Below are positions 29,580-38,230 of a stretch of 64,000 nucleotides of DNA, piece by piece. Positions within the stretch are counted from its first letter, which is position 1. Each line of letters starts with the position of its first letter. Under the pieces are notes generated by a model. The model did not search any database and was not told where the DNA came from. It worked only from the letters and a program-made list of their open reading frames with translations. The position numbers and the translations under genes were made by a program. This DNA comes from a bacterium (GTDB lineage: Bacteria; UBA8248; JACPRG01; G963555815), in assembly GCA_965249615.1 (NCBI GenBank), contig CBDFMI010000006.1:444132-508131 (forward strand), written 5' to 3'.

Positions 29580-30662
29580 TTAAACGAGCTGCAGGACGAT
29601 ACCGGTGATAAAAATGTTCAAGAGAGCCAGCGGGAACATCATCTTCCACCCCAGCGCCATGAGCCGGTCATAGCGAAAGCGCGGCAGGGTCCCCCTGATC
29701 CAGATGAACATGAACATCCCGAACAGCACCTTGAGGAAGAACCAGAGAGGTCCTGAGATGAGGACGGCCTTCGTCACCCCCCCGATGTTCTGGACCAGGG
29801 AGGCCAACCCCACAGAGGCGGCGCCGACGGCCGATGCCACCAGGAAGGTGACCAGGTCCACGCCGCCCGAGATGATGGTTTCCAGGAACTGGGGGATTTG
29901 CCAGCCCCCGAAGAAGAGGATCGCCCCGATGGAGCAGATCACCATCATGTTGGCGTACTCAGCCAGGAAGAAGAAGGCGAACTTCATGCCGCTGTACTCG
30001 GTGTGGAAGCCCCCCACCAGCTCTGTCTCGGCCTCGGGGAGGTCGAAGGGGAGGCGGTTGGTCTCGGCGAGCCCGGCGACGAAGTAGAGGACGAAAGCCA
30101 GGGGCTGATAGAAGATGAACCAGACGTTCTTCTGGGCCTCGACGATCTCAAGGAGGTTCAGGGACCCGGCCACCATGAGAGGGCCGATTAGGGCGAACCC
30201 CAAAAAAATCTCGTAGCTGATGAGTTGGGCCGCGCTCCGGAACCCCCCCAGCAGGGAATACTTGCTCCCCGAGGCCCAGCCCGCCATGACGATGCCGAAG
30301 ACACCGAGGGAGGAGATCCCGAGGATGTAGAGGATCCCGATGTTGATGTTGGCGATGAAGAAGTTCCCCGAGATGGGGATGACCGAGTAGACGATGAAGG
30401 CGGGGATGAGGGCGAAGAGCGGGGCCATCAGGAAGACCGGTCGATCCGCCTGGTGCGGGATGATGTCTTCCTTGAGGAAGAGTTTTAGACCGTCGGCGAT
30501 GGGCTGAAGGAGGCCGTGGTAGCCGACCCGCATGGGCCCCATGCGCACCTGAATGTGCCCGATGACCTTCCGCTCGAAGTAGACCATGTAGGCCACCAGG
30601 AACGAGACCGCCCCCCAGATAATCAGGATCTTGATGAGGGCGAAACCAACCTCAAGCCACAT
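29580..30662 (-). CDS. nuoH: NADH-quinone oxidoreductase subunit H
   Basis: 360 aa; [21 protein letters not shown] and EYANMM motifs. Confidence 0.9.
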   Translation of the reverse strand: MWLEVGFALIKILIIWGAVSFLVAYMVYFERKVIGHIQVRMGPMRVGYHGLLQPIADGLKLFLKEDIIPHQADRPVFLMAPLFALIPAFIVYSVIPISGNFFIANINIGILYILGISSLGVFGIVMAGWASGSKYSLLGGFRSAAQLISYEIFLGFALIGPLMVAGSLNLLEIVEAQKNVWFIFYQPLAFVLYFVAGLAETNRLPFDLPEAETELVGGFHTEYSGMKFAFFFLAEYANMMVICSIGAILFFGGWQIPQFLETIISGGVDLVTFLVASAVGAASVGLASLVQNIGGVTKAVLISGPLWFFLKVLFGMFMFIWIRGTLPRFRYDRLMALGWKMMFPLALLNIFITGIVLQLV

Positions 30663-30701
30663 CTGTGTGCACCTTGCCTCCGCTAGGGGGGGTCGCTGAC
30701 C

Positions 30702-31826
30702 TCAGCGATCCACTTCCCCGAGCACAATATCGATGCTTCCGATGGCGGCGACGGCGTCCGAGATGAGGCCGCCCTGCATCATGGTGGAGATCGACTGCAG
30801 ATTCACGAAAGAGGGGGGACGGATCCTCAGCCGGTAAGCCCGGTCGGTCCCGTCACTGACTAGATAGTAGCCCAGCTCCCCCTTGGGACTCTCGATCCGG
30901 TGGTAGACTTCCCCCTTTTTTGGCTTCAACACCCGGGGAACCTTGGCCATGGTCTTTCCGGAGGGGAGGTCGGCGGCGGCCTGCTCGATGATGAAGGCGC
31001 TCTGGCGCATCTCCTCCACACGGACGAGGTAACGGTCATAGACATCGCCATTCTTTCCCACCGGGACGGTGAAGTCAAAATCCTCGTAGGCGGCGTAGGG
31101 CTCTGCACGCCGCACGTCATGGGCCACGCCGGAGGCCCTCAGGATGGGCCCACTGGCCCCGAGGTCAATGGCGTCCTCGGCGGAGAGAACGGCCACTCCG
31201 CGGGTCCTGGACTGCCAGATACGGTTCTCGGTGAGGAGGTCTTCATAATCGTAGATGGCCTTGGGGAACTCGCGGGCGAACTCCAAACACTTGTCGTAAA
31301 AAAGTTTGGGGGGGTCGTGGTAGACGCCTCCGACGCGGAAGGCATGAACCGTGAGCCTCGCCCCAAAGGCGGTCTCGAAAAGATCCAGGACCTTCTCTCG
31401 GTCCCGGAAACAATAGAGGAAGGCCGTCATGGCCCCGATGTCCAGGGCGTGGGTGGCGAGCCAGAGGAGATGACTCGCGATCCGGGTGAGTTCGGCTGTG
31501 ATGACGCGGATGTACTGGGCCCGGGCCGGAACCTCCATCTGAGCAAGCTTTTCCACCGTCTCCACATATCCCAGGTTGTTGGCTGGGGAGGCCACATAAT
31601 CCGTTCGGTCTGTGTAGGGAACGAACTGGGCGTAGGTGATGTTCTCGCCGATCTTCTCGACGCCCCGGTGGAGATAACCGATGTCCACGTCAACCCCTTG
31701 CACAATCTCCCCCTTCAGCCGAAGGATGACGCGAAGGACCCCGTGGGTGCTGGGGTGCTGGGGCCCCATGTTGAGGATGAGCTCTTCCGTCTGGGGGACG
31801 ATGGTCTCTGGGGTGACCTGGGTCAT
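30702..31826 (-). CDS. nuoD: NADH-quinone oxidoreductase subunit D (49-kDa)
   Basis: 374 aa; LNMGPQHPSTHGVLR N-terminal signature. Confidence 0.9.
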   Translation of the reverse strand: MTQVTPETIVPQTEELILNMGPQHPSTHGVLRVILRLKGEIVQGVDVDIGYLHRGVEKIGENITYAQFVPYTDRTDYVASPANNLGYVETVEKLAQMEVPARAQYIRVITAELTRIASHLLWLATHALDIGAMTAFLYCFRDREKVLDLFETAFGARLTVHAFRVGGVYHDPPKLFYDKCLEFAREFPKAIYDYEDLLTENRIWQSRTRGVAVLSAEDAIDLGASGPILRASGVAHDVRRAEPYAAYEDFDFTVPVGKNGDVYDRYLVRVEEMRQSAFIIEQAAADLPSGKTMAKVPRVLKPKKGEVYHRIESPKGELGYYLVSDGTDRAYRLRIRPPSFVNLQSISTMMQGGLISDAVAAIGSIDIVLGEVDR

Positions 31827-31830
31827 AGTC

Positions 31831-32622
31831 TCACTCTCGATGGGCCATGGGCCGGGCGGCGGGCGGGATATGGCTTTCTACCCATTGGAGCCCGAACCCA
31901 TCCCCGCGAACGGGATACTCCTTTCGGAGGGGATGGCCCTCCCAGTCGTCCGGGAGGAGGATCCGTCTGAGGTCGGGGTGGCCCTCGAAATCAATCCCCA
32001 CCATGTCGTAGGCCTCTCGTTCGAGCCAGTTGGCCGTCCGCCAGATGTCAGACACGGTCGGGGCCGTCTCCGCCTCCCCAAGGCGGACCTTCAGCCGAAG
32101 GCGCCCCCTTCGCTCCAAGCCATAGAGGTGATAGACCACCTCGAAGGGGCGATCCCGGTCCGGGTAGTGGACACCGCAGAGGTCCGACAGGAAATTGAAA
32201 TGGTGTTGGTCTTTGAGGTGAAGACAAAGTGGGTGGATCTGGTCCCGCCGGACGACGACGGTGAGTTCGTCCTCTTTTCCCATGAAGGCGGAGACCTCTT
32301 CCACCCCTTCCCCTGAAAAGGCGCGAATGGCCTTCACCAGGGGGAGTTCCTCGAGATTTTCGCCGGGCTTTTTGTCCGCTTTGACCGGTGGCGGGGCCTT
32401 TTTTTGTTCCGAGGCCGGGGGTTTCTCAGCCGGAGGCGCTTTGGGCTCTTCGGATTCAGCCGTTGGAGGGGAAGCTTCGGGAGCGGCTGACTCTTCCCCC
32501 TCGGGCTTTTTGTCCGCCTTGACCGGCGGTGAGGCCTCTTTTTGTTCCGAGGCCGGGGGTTTCTCAGCCGAGGACGCTTCGGGCTCCTCGGGCTCAGCGG
32601 GGGCGGAGTTCTCTTCGGTCAC
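31831..32622 (-). CDS. nuoC: NADH-quinone oxidoreductase subunit C (30-kDa) with ~85-aa Ala/Pro/Glu/Lys-rich N-terminal extension
   Basis: C-terminal 175 aa are canonical NuoC ([19 protein letters not shown]); the N-terminal extension contains a duplicated [19 protein letters not shown] unit; the true start could be downstream. Confidence 0.8.
   Translation of the reverse strand: MTEENSAPAEPEEPEASSAEKPPASEQKEASPPVKADKKPEGEESAAPEASPPTAESEEPKAPPAEKPPASEQKKAPPPVKADKKPGENLEELPLVKAIRAFSGEGVEEVSAFMGKEDELTVVVRRDQIHPLCLHLKDQHHFNFLSDLCGVHYPDRDRPFEVVYHLYGLERRGRLRLKVRLGEAETAPTVSDIWRTANWLEREAYDMVGIDFEGHPDLRRILLPDDWEGHPLRKEYPVRGDGFGLQWVESHIPPAARPMAHRE
32364..32600. repeat. ~138-bp tandem direct duplication inside the 5' part of nuoC
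   Basis: cgggctttttgtccgcTTTGACCGGtGGcGgGGCCTtTTTTTGTTCCGAGGCCGGGGGTTTCTCAGCCG... recurs at 32364 and 32502 with few substitutions. Confidence 0.7.
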
Positions 32623-32742
32623 CTCGTCTCTCCTCTAGACGACGACCCATCTAACCTGTGCAAAAATTCACAAAAGGCGGCCAAAAAAAAGCTTCCCGTT
32701 GTTCCTTTGGCCTCCCTGACTCACGGTCATCGTTTCCCTGGG

Positions 32743-33219
32743 CTACTTTCGAAGAAACTTTTCCTGCTGGATCTTCTCCTGCAGCTTCAGAATTCCCCAC
32801 ATCAAGGCCTCCGGGCGGGGAGGGCAGCCCGTGAGATAGATGTCGACGGGGACCACTTGGTCCACGCCCTGGAGGGTGGAGTAGGTGTTGAAAGGTCCTC
32901 CTGCCGTCGAGCAGCTCCCCATGGAGACCACCCATCGGGGTTCTGCCATCTGGTCATAGATCTTGCGCAAAACCGGGGCCATCTTGTAGGTGACGGTCCC
33001 GGCCACGATCATCACGTCCGACTGACGCGGGCTCGCCCTGAAGATGACCCCAAAGCGGTCGAGGTCATATCGGGAGGCGCCTGTGGCCATCATCTCAATC
33101 GCGCAGCAGGCCAGGCCGAACTGCATGGGCCAAAGGGCTGATTTTCGGGCCCAATTGACCAGGTAATCGAGGGTTGTCGTGAAGATGTTCTCCTCGAAGC
33201 GGTGTTCCACTACACCCAT
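32743..33219 (-). CDS. nuoB: NADH-quinone oxidoreductase subunit B (20-kDa, N2 cluster)
   Basis: 158 aa; CCAIEMM...GSCSTAGG...CPPRPE cysteine ligands. Confidence 0.92.
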   Translation of the reverse strand: MGVVEHRFEENIFTTTLDYLVNWARKSALWPMQFGLACCAIEMMATGASRYDLDRFGVIFRASPRQSDVMIVAGTVTYKMAPVLRKIYDQMAEPRWVVSMGSCSTAGGPFNTYSTLQGVDQVVPVDIYLTGCPPRPEALMWGILKLQEKIQQEKFLRK

Positions 33220-33602
33220 TTAAGGGCCCCTTTGCGCCAGGCGTAGAAGTAACCGACGAGGAGGATGAGAATGAAGAGCATCATCTCGACGAGGCCAAAT
33301 AGGCCGAGCCGGCCGTAGACCACCGCCCAGGGAAACAGGAAGACCGCCTCCACGTCAAAAAGGAGGAAGAGGATGGCGACGATGTAAAACCGGATGGAAA
33401 ATTGTTCCCCCGCCCGCGTGAGGGGCGGGATCCCGCACTCATAGGGGGAGAGTTTCTCGGTGTCTGGCCGGTTGGGTCGGATGAGATAGGCCAGGAGGAG
33501 GGTCCCGATTCCGAAGGCCGCCACCACCAGGATGAAAATGAAGATTGGGACATAGGGATGGATGACAGTGTAGTCACTGAAAAACCGGTTAACCAGTTCC
33601 AC
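33210..33602 (-). CDS. nuoA: NADH-quinone oxidoreductase subunit A
   Basis: 130 aa, 3 TM; [13 protein letters not shown] motif; overlaps nuoB. Confidence 0.88.
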   Translation of the reverse strand: MELVNRFFSDYTVIHPYVPIFIFILVVAAFGIGTLLLAYLIRPNRPDTEKLSPYECGIPPLTRAGEQFSIRFYIVAILFLLFDVEAVFLFPWAVVYGRLGLFGLVEMMLFILILLVGYFYAWRKGALKWV

Positions 33603-33714
33603 GCCGGGCCCCCTCGAAACCCCACATCCCTACTTAGTAATTATACTTTATTAGTCCCCGGAAGCGAAGACGCAACGGGAAAAAAGGTCTCCTGATCGGT
33701 CCTTGGATTTTTCT

Positions 33715-34032
33715 TCACGGCTTGAAGAAGACCTCGGTCAGACAGGGGTCGATCTCTGGTTTCAATTCCAGATAACGCTCACTTCGCTGGAGCTGGTTGA
33801 AGAGGGCCGTCTTTCCGGCTACGCCCAGTTCTGACCAGTTGACGCAAGCCTTGGCCTCCTTAACGAGGAGGTCCAGGCGCTTCGCCCGCTCTTTCTCATC
33901 TTCCTCATCGCCCGTCTCGGCCAGGGCCCGAAGGCGCTGGATGCACCCGGAGAGGGTGTCTTCCCGGGAAGGTAGAGACTCGAAGATATAGAGATAGCCC
34001 TCTATCCGCTGACGCAGGGCCTGCGCGTCCAT
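33715..34032 (-). CDS. Hypothetical small protein
   Basis: Internal ATG at 34032 gives 106 aa (MDAQALRQRIEGYLYIFESL...); charged, likely helical; the longer ORF-track version has an Arg-rich improbable N-terminus. Confidence 0.3.
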   Translation of the reverse strand: MDAQALRQRIEGYLYIFESLPSREDTLSGCIQRLRALAETGDEEDEKERAKRLDLLVKEAKACVNWSELGVAGKTALFNQLQRSERYLELKPEIDPCLTEVFFKP

Positions 34033-34267
34033 GGCCCCCCACTTCTTCTTCTCGCTCACCAGGCAACTCCGCCGTCTTAGGGCTTTCCGCGGGCGAGGAC
34101 CGTGGTCCCCACCATCGCGGCGAACCGGATAAGGAAACGACCTCAAAAGGGCGAAAGAAGATCTCTGAAGATAAAGCGCCTTGAGCGATCCTGGTTCCTT
34201 TCCTTGATTTATAGAGCTTCGCAGGCGAAAATGCACCCTCTTTTGCTTTCACGAAAGAGGTTTCGGC

Positions 34268-34867
34268 ATGGCCTGGAAGTTTCCAGCGGAGGAGATGCAT
34301 CTCCTCATCCGTCCCACCCGCCTTCGAACCACCCCTCCTTTTAAAACCCTCCGGCGGATGGGCCTTCGCCGCGGGATGGTCGCCGTGGACCTCGGGTGTG
34401 GACCCGGCTATTTCGCCATTCCCGCTGCCAAGATCGTGGGAGAGAAGGGGCGGGTCTTCGCCTGCGACACCTCGCGGGCGATGTTGCGGGTGGCAAGGGA
34501 GCGGGCCGCTCAGGCCGGCGTCTCGAACCTTGTCCTAAAGCCGTCGACGGAATACGTCTCTTCCTTTGCCAAAGGGGCGGCCGACTTCTGCCTGCTCAGT
34601 TATGTCCTTCACGAGGTCGATGACCCCCCTCGCCTCCTTCGGGAGGCGAGGCGTCTCCTTCGCCCGGGAGGGATCTTCGCCATCATCGACTGGAAGAAGC
34701 GGCCGACCGAAACCGGACCTCCCCTCGAGGACCGGATCTCCACCGCTCGCATGGGGGCGATGCTCCGCAGGCTTGGGTTTAGCGTGGGGGGCCGGTGGAG
34801 CCCCAAGGCAGAAAACTATGTCCTCGTCGGCACCTTGTCGCCGGGGCCCACGAAAGGCTCGAAATAG
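34268..34867 (+). CDS. Class I SAM-dependent methyltransferase
   Basis: Motif I VDLGCGPGYF, acidic loop FACDTS, post-I LLRPGGIFAIID. Confidence 0.8.
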   Translation: MAWKFPAEEMHLLIRPTRLRTTPPFKTLRRMGLRRGMVAVDLGCGPGYFAIPAAKIVGEKGRVFACDTSRAMLRVARERAAQAGVSNLVLKPSTEYVSSFAKGAADFCLLSYVLHEVDDPPRLLREARRLLRPGGIFAIIDWKKRPTETGPPLEDRISTARMGAMLRRLGFSVGGRWSPKAENYVLVGTLSPGPTKGSK

Positions 34868-34953
34868 AAATTCACTGGGCCTGGGGGATTACGAAGAGCC
34901 AGGGGGTTTCCAGGACATTTTCTTTAAATCAGAAAGCGGGAGGGGAGCTCATC

Positions 34954-35610
34954 ATGAATCAGGCCCTCGATGTCACCTGCTATGTCTGCTACGTCTGACC
35001 CTTTGCCTATCGGGCCACGGAGTGGCTCGAACGTCTAAGGGAGAGTCGGCCCCTTCGGGTCGTCTATAAGCCCTTCATCCTGGAGCAGGTGAACTTCCAG
35101 GAGAAGCGGGGTCCGGAATGGAAGATCTGGGAGGACGACTTTTTCCCCAGCCGGGACCTTCCGCCCCTCGAGGCGGCCAGGTGCGCTGCCCTCCAGGGGG
35201 AGGAGGCTTTTGGGCGATTCCATCTCCTCCTCTTTCGAGCGAGACATCAGAAGAATTTTGACATCACGAACCAGCTCATCCTCCTCGACGTGGCCAAGGA
35301 GGCGGGGCTCGATGGAGAGCGCTTCGCCAGTGATCTCAAGAGCCGAAGCCAGTTGGAGGGGGTCGCCCGAGGGCACATGGAGGCCGTCGAGAAGCATGGG
35401 GTCTTCGGCGTCCCGACACTCATCTTCAACGGCGGGAGGCCCCTCTTCGTGAAGCTGGGGGAGGGGAAGTGGGAGGGGAAGGAAGACCAAAAACTCCTGG
35501 AACAACTTCTCAAGCTCTCGGTGGATCAGCCCTATGTCCTAGAGGTGAAACAGCCGAAATCGGCCGTCCTCGCCGAGGAGGCTGAGAAGAAATATCAGGC
35601 CTATCCCTAA
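34954..35610 (+). CDS. DsbA-like (FrnE-type) thiol-disulfide oxidoreductase, candidate selenoprotein with in-frame TGA (Sec) at 34996-34998
   Basis: AGGGGAG RBS 8 nt upstream of ATG 34954; reading through the TGA gives MNQALDVTCYVCYV-U-PFAYRATEWLERL..., continuous with the thioredoxin-fold ORF called from GTG 35089; the motif C-Y-V-U sits where DsbA has C-P-W-C; without read-through the downstream ORF lacks any redox motif. Confidence 0.55.
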
Positions 35611-35751
35611 GAAGGTTCTGAAGAAGTCTCAGGGGGTCGCCTGAGAATCCACGCCGTCGCTTGCCCGTCTGAGGCAGGCTGGCTATATTGGGTTTCGTTT
35701 AGAGAGGAGATGGAAGTTCTCTTCGTTTTCGCGCGGTAGGGCGGGTCAATT

Positions 35752-35853
35752 ATGGACTTGGATTTTCTCTTCGTCGTCGGCGGGATTATCATCCTGGCGG
35801 GGATGGCCTTTATTGTCCTCCTCGGCATCCTTTGGGTATTTCGCCGGGGATAA
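35752..35853 (+). CDS. Possible 33-aa single-TM small peptide
   Basis: MDLDFLFVVGGIIILAGMAFIVLLGILWVFRRG; hydrophobic core with a C-terminal RR; weak RBS. Confidence 0.2.
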   Translation: MDLDFLFVVGGIIILAGMAFIVLLGILWVFRRG

Positions 35854-35896
35854 CCCTCACTTTTCCCATCCCACAGAAAAATCCCGCAGAAAAAAC

Positions 35897-35924
35897 TTGA
35901 CGAGGCAAAATAGGTGTATATACT
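35897..35924 (+). promoter_or_regulatory. Strong sigma70-like promoter (TTGACG-N16-TATACT), copy 2 of the repeated 30-bp element
   Basis: cTTGACGaggcaaaatagggtgtaTATACTc; ~58 nt upstream of the SDR gene start. Confidence 0.45.
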
Positions 35925-35982
35925 CATTTAGATAACACTGGAGACACACGAGCACCTAAACCGATGAGGAGGGGTCGTTGAA

Positions 35983-36711
35983 ATGAGACTAGAGGGGGAA
36001 AGCGTATTGGTCACCGGCGCCAATCGCGGCATAGGCGCAGCACTCGTTAACGCCTTGCTTGGCAAAGGTGTGCGAAAAGTCTATGCCGCCGCAAGGAATC
36101 CCGACAGCCTGCCGGATTTTGGAGATAGCCGTGTTGTACCTATAGCTATCGATATCACTAACACCGAGCAGGTCAAACAAGCGGCCAAGACTGCGGCCGA
36201 TGTCGAGTTACTCATCAACAACGCAGGCGTCGCCGCCTTCACGAGCCTGCTGGATGGTCCCATCGACCTGATAAAGCGAGACATGGACACCAACTACTAC
36301 GGCACTCTGGATATGGTTCGACGCTTTGTGCCCGTGTTGGAAACCAAGACCGATGCGGCAATTGTAAATGTGGTAACCATTGGCGCCTTTGTGAATTTCC
36401 CGATGTTGGGAGGCTATTGCACGTCTAAGTCGGCACTGTTCTCACTTTCCCAGGGAATCCGAATCGAACTCGCGGCTAAGAGCATTGCGATCCACACCGT
36501 TAATCCCGGGCCAATCGACACTGACATGGCCAAGGATTTTCAGGCAGAGAAAACCAGTCCGGAGGTGACCGCAGAGAACACTCTGACAGCGCTGGAAAGC
36601 GGTGAGGTCGATATTTTCCCTGACGCCGGTAGCCAGGGGATGATTAAGGTATGGAAAAGCGACTATCGTGCCCTCGAGCAAATGGTAGCCGAAATGCATA
36701 ACGCGACTTAG
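35983..36711 (+). CDS. SDR-family NAD(P)-dependent oxidoreductase
   Basis: TGANRGIGAAL glycine motif, NNAG, catalytic Y-x3-K (YCTSK); GGAGG RBS; visibly AT-richer codon usage than neighbours. Confidence 0.85.
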   Translation: MRLEGESVLVTGANRGIGAALVNALLGKGVRKVYAAARNPDSLPDFGDSRVVPIAIDITNTEQVKQAAKTAADVELLINNAGVAAFTSLLDGPIDLIKRDMDTNYYGTLDMVRRFVPVLETKTDAAIVNVVTIGAFVNFPMLGGYCTSKSALFSLSQGIRIELAAKSIAIHTVNPGPIDTDMAKDFQAEKTSPEVTAENTLTALESGEVDIFPDAGSQGMIKVWKSDYRALEQMVAEMHNAT

Positions 36712-36804
36712 AAGGGAAAGGAATCGACCAGCAAAAAGGGCACCTATGGGAGACTGTTCGCTGAACGTTCTCCCATCTCCCATTGGCTCTGCTTTTTCAG
36801 AAAG

Positions 36805-36830
36805 AAAGTCCCGAGGAGCCTCGGGACTTT
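36805..36830. terminator. Bidirectional terminator hairpin between the SDR gene and the aminotransferase
   Basis: AAAGTCCCGAGG-ag-CCTCGGGACTTT perfect inverted repeat flanked by A/T runs. Confidence 0.5.
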
Positions 36831-36855
36831 GAGATGCAGAAGGGCCGGAAGCCTT

Positions 36856-38040
36856 TTAGCTTCCCGCCTTCGCCAGGGCCGCCGTCACCTTCCCCATCCG
36901 CTCGACCCCCTTTTCGAGATCTTCCATGGACTGGGCGTAGCAGAGGCGGATATACCCCTGCCCGTGGGGCCCAAAACCGTCTCCGGGGACTGAGGCCACC
37001 TTCCCCTTCTCCAGGAGGTGTTTGGCAAAAGTCATCGAGTCCATCCCTGTCCCTTCGATGTTGGGGAAGAGATAGAAGGCGCCCCCGGGGGTGGGGCATT
37101 TGATGCCGGGGAGCTCGTTCAGGTTCTTCGCCATGTAGTCTCGCCGAAGCAGGTAGCTTTTCACCATTTCCTGGACGGCGGATTCCGACCCGTCGTAGGC
37201 GGCAACGCAGGCCTTCTGGGCGGCCGCAGTGGGGTGGCAGTTCGCGTAGAGCTGAAGCTTTGGTATGGGGGCGATGATCTCGGCTGGACCTGCGGCAAAT
37301 CCTATCCGCCAGCCGGTCATCGCGTAGGTCTTCGAGACCGTGTTCACCGTGATGGTCCGCTCGGCCATCCCAGGGAAGGTGGCGAGGGAATGATGGACGT
37401 GAGGGTCGTAGACAATCCGCTCGTAGACCTCATCAGAGATGACGAGAAGATCCCGTTTCTTTGCCAGCTGACAGATGGCCTCCATGCCCTCTCGGTCCAG
37501 GATGGCCCCGGTCGGGTTGCTCGGCGAATTTATCAGGAGGACCTTCGTCTTCGGGGTGATGAGGGGCTCAATCAGGTGGGCCCTGGCCCGAAAGCCCTCC
37601 TTCTCCAGGAGGGGATACAAGACGGGGGTGGCCCCCGTCAGCTGGACGATGGATGCGTAAGGGGGCCAGCCGGGGTCAGGAAGAAGGACTTCTTCTCCCG
37701 GGTTGACCGTGCCCTGGATGGTGAGAAAGAGGGCGGCCGTCGCCCCTGTCGTGACGACCACCTGGGTGGCCGGGTCCACCGTCATCCCATTTTCGCGGGC
37801 GAGCTTTCGGGCGATGGCCTCCCGAAGCTCCAAGATACCGGCAGAGGAGGTGTAGTGGGTATATCCATCGTCCAGGGCGTCCTTGGCCGCTTGAATGATA
37901 TTGGCGGGGGTGTCGAAGTCCGGCTCTCCGATCTCCAGCCGGACGACATCCTCCATCTTTGCGACGATCTCGAAGATCTCGCGGATCTCAGAGAGGCGGA
38001 GACCCCGAGCCCGCTCTGAAATAAAAGACTTCATGCCCAT
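36856..38040 (-). CDS. PLP-dependent aminotransferase (class I, aspartate/aromatic aminotransferase-like)
   Basis: 394 aa; ...LINSPSNPTGAI..., the lysine motif TVNTVSKTYAMTGWRIG, and ...YIRLCYA. Confidence 0.85.
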   Translation of the reverse strand: MGMKSFISERARGLRLSEIREIFEIVAKMEDVVRLEIGEPDFDTPANIIQAAKDALDDGYTHYTSSAGILELREAIARKLARENGMTVDPATQVVVTTGATAALFLTIQGTVNPGEEVLLPDPGWPPYASIVQLTGATPVLYPLLEKEGFRARAHLIEPLITPKTKVLLINSPSNPTGAILDREGMEAICQLAKKRDLLVISDEVYERIVYDPHVHHSLATFPGMAERTITVNTVSKTYAMTGWRIGFAAGPAEIIAPIPKLQLYANCHPTAAAQKACVAAYDGSESAVQEMVKSYLLRRDYMAKNLNELPGIKCPTPGGAFYLFPNIEGTGMDSMTFAKHLLEKGKVASVPGDGFGPHGQGYIRLCYAQSMEDLEKGVERMGKVTAALAKAGS

Positions 38041-38230
38041 CTCCCCATCTCCAGAGGGAAAGCGAACGCCTTTTTGGTTGAAACCTCTTGATTCTAATGG
38101 GTTAGGCCCTGGAATGGCAAGACATATCGGAGCCCCCGAGGGTTAGAGCCTGTCAGGGGAAGAAGGAATGATTGACGATGATATGGGTGGGCAGAAGACC
38201 TTTGGCCAGTTCACCGCAGTTCAAACCGGT

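Noticed and set aside
33631-33660. AT-rich TATAAT-containing stretch upstream of nuoA as the nuo promoter
   Set aside because: The -10-like hexamer is present on the minus strand but there is no acceptable -35 at 16-18 nt. Left unannotated.
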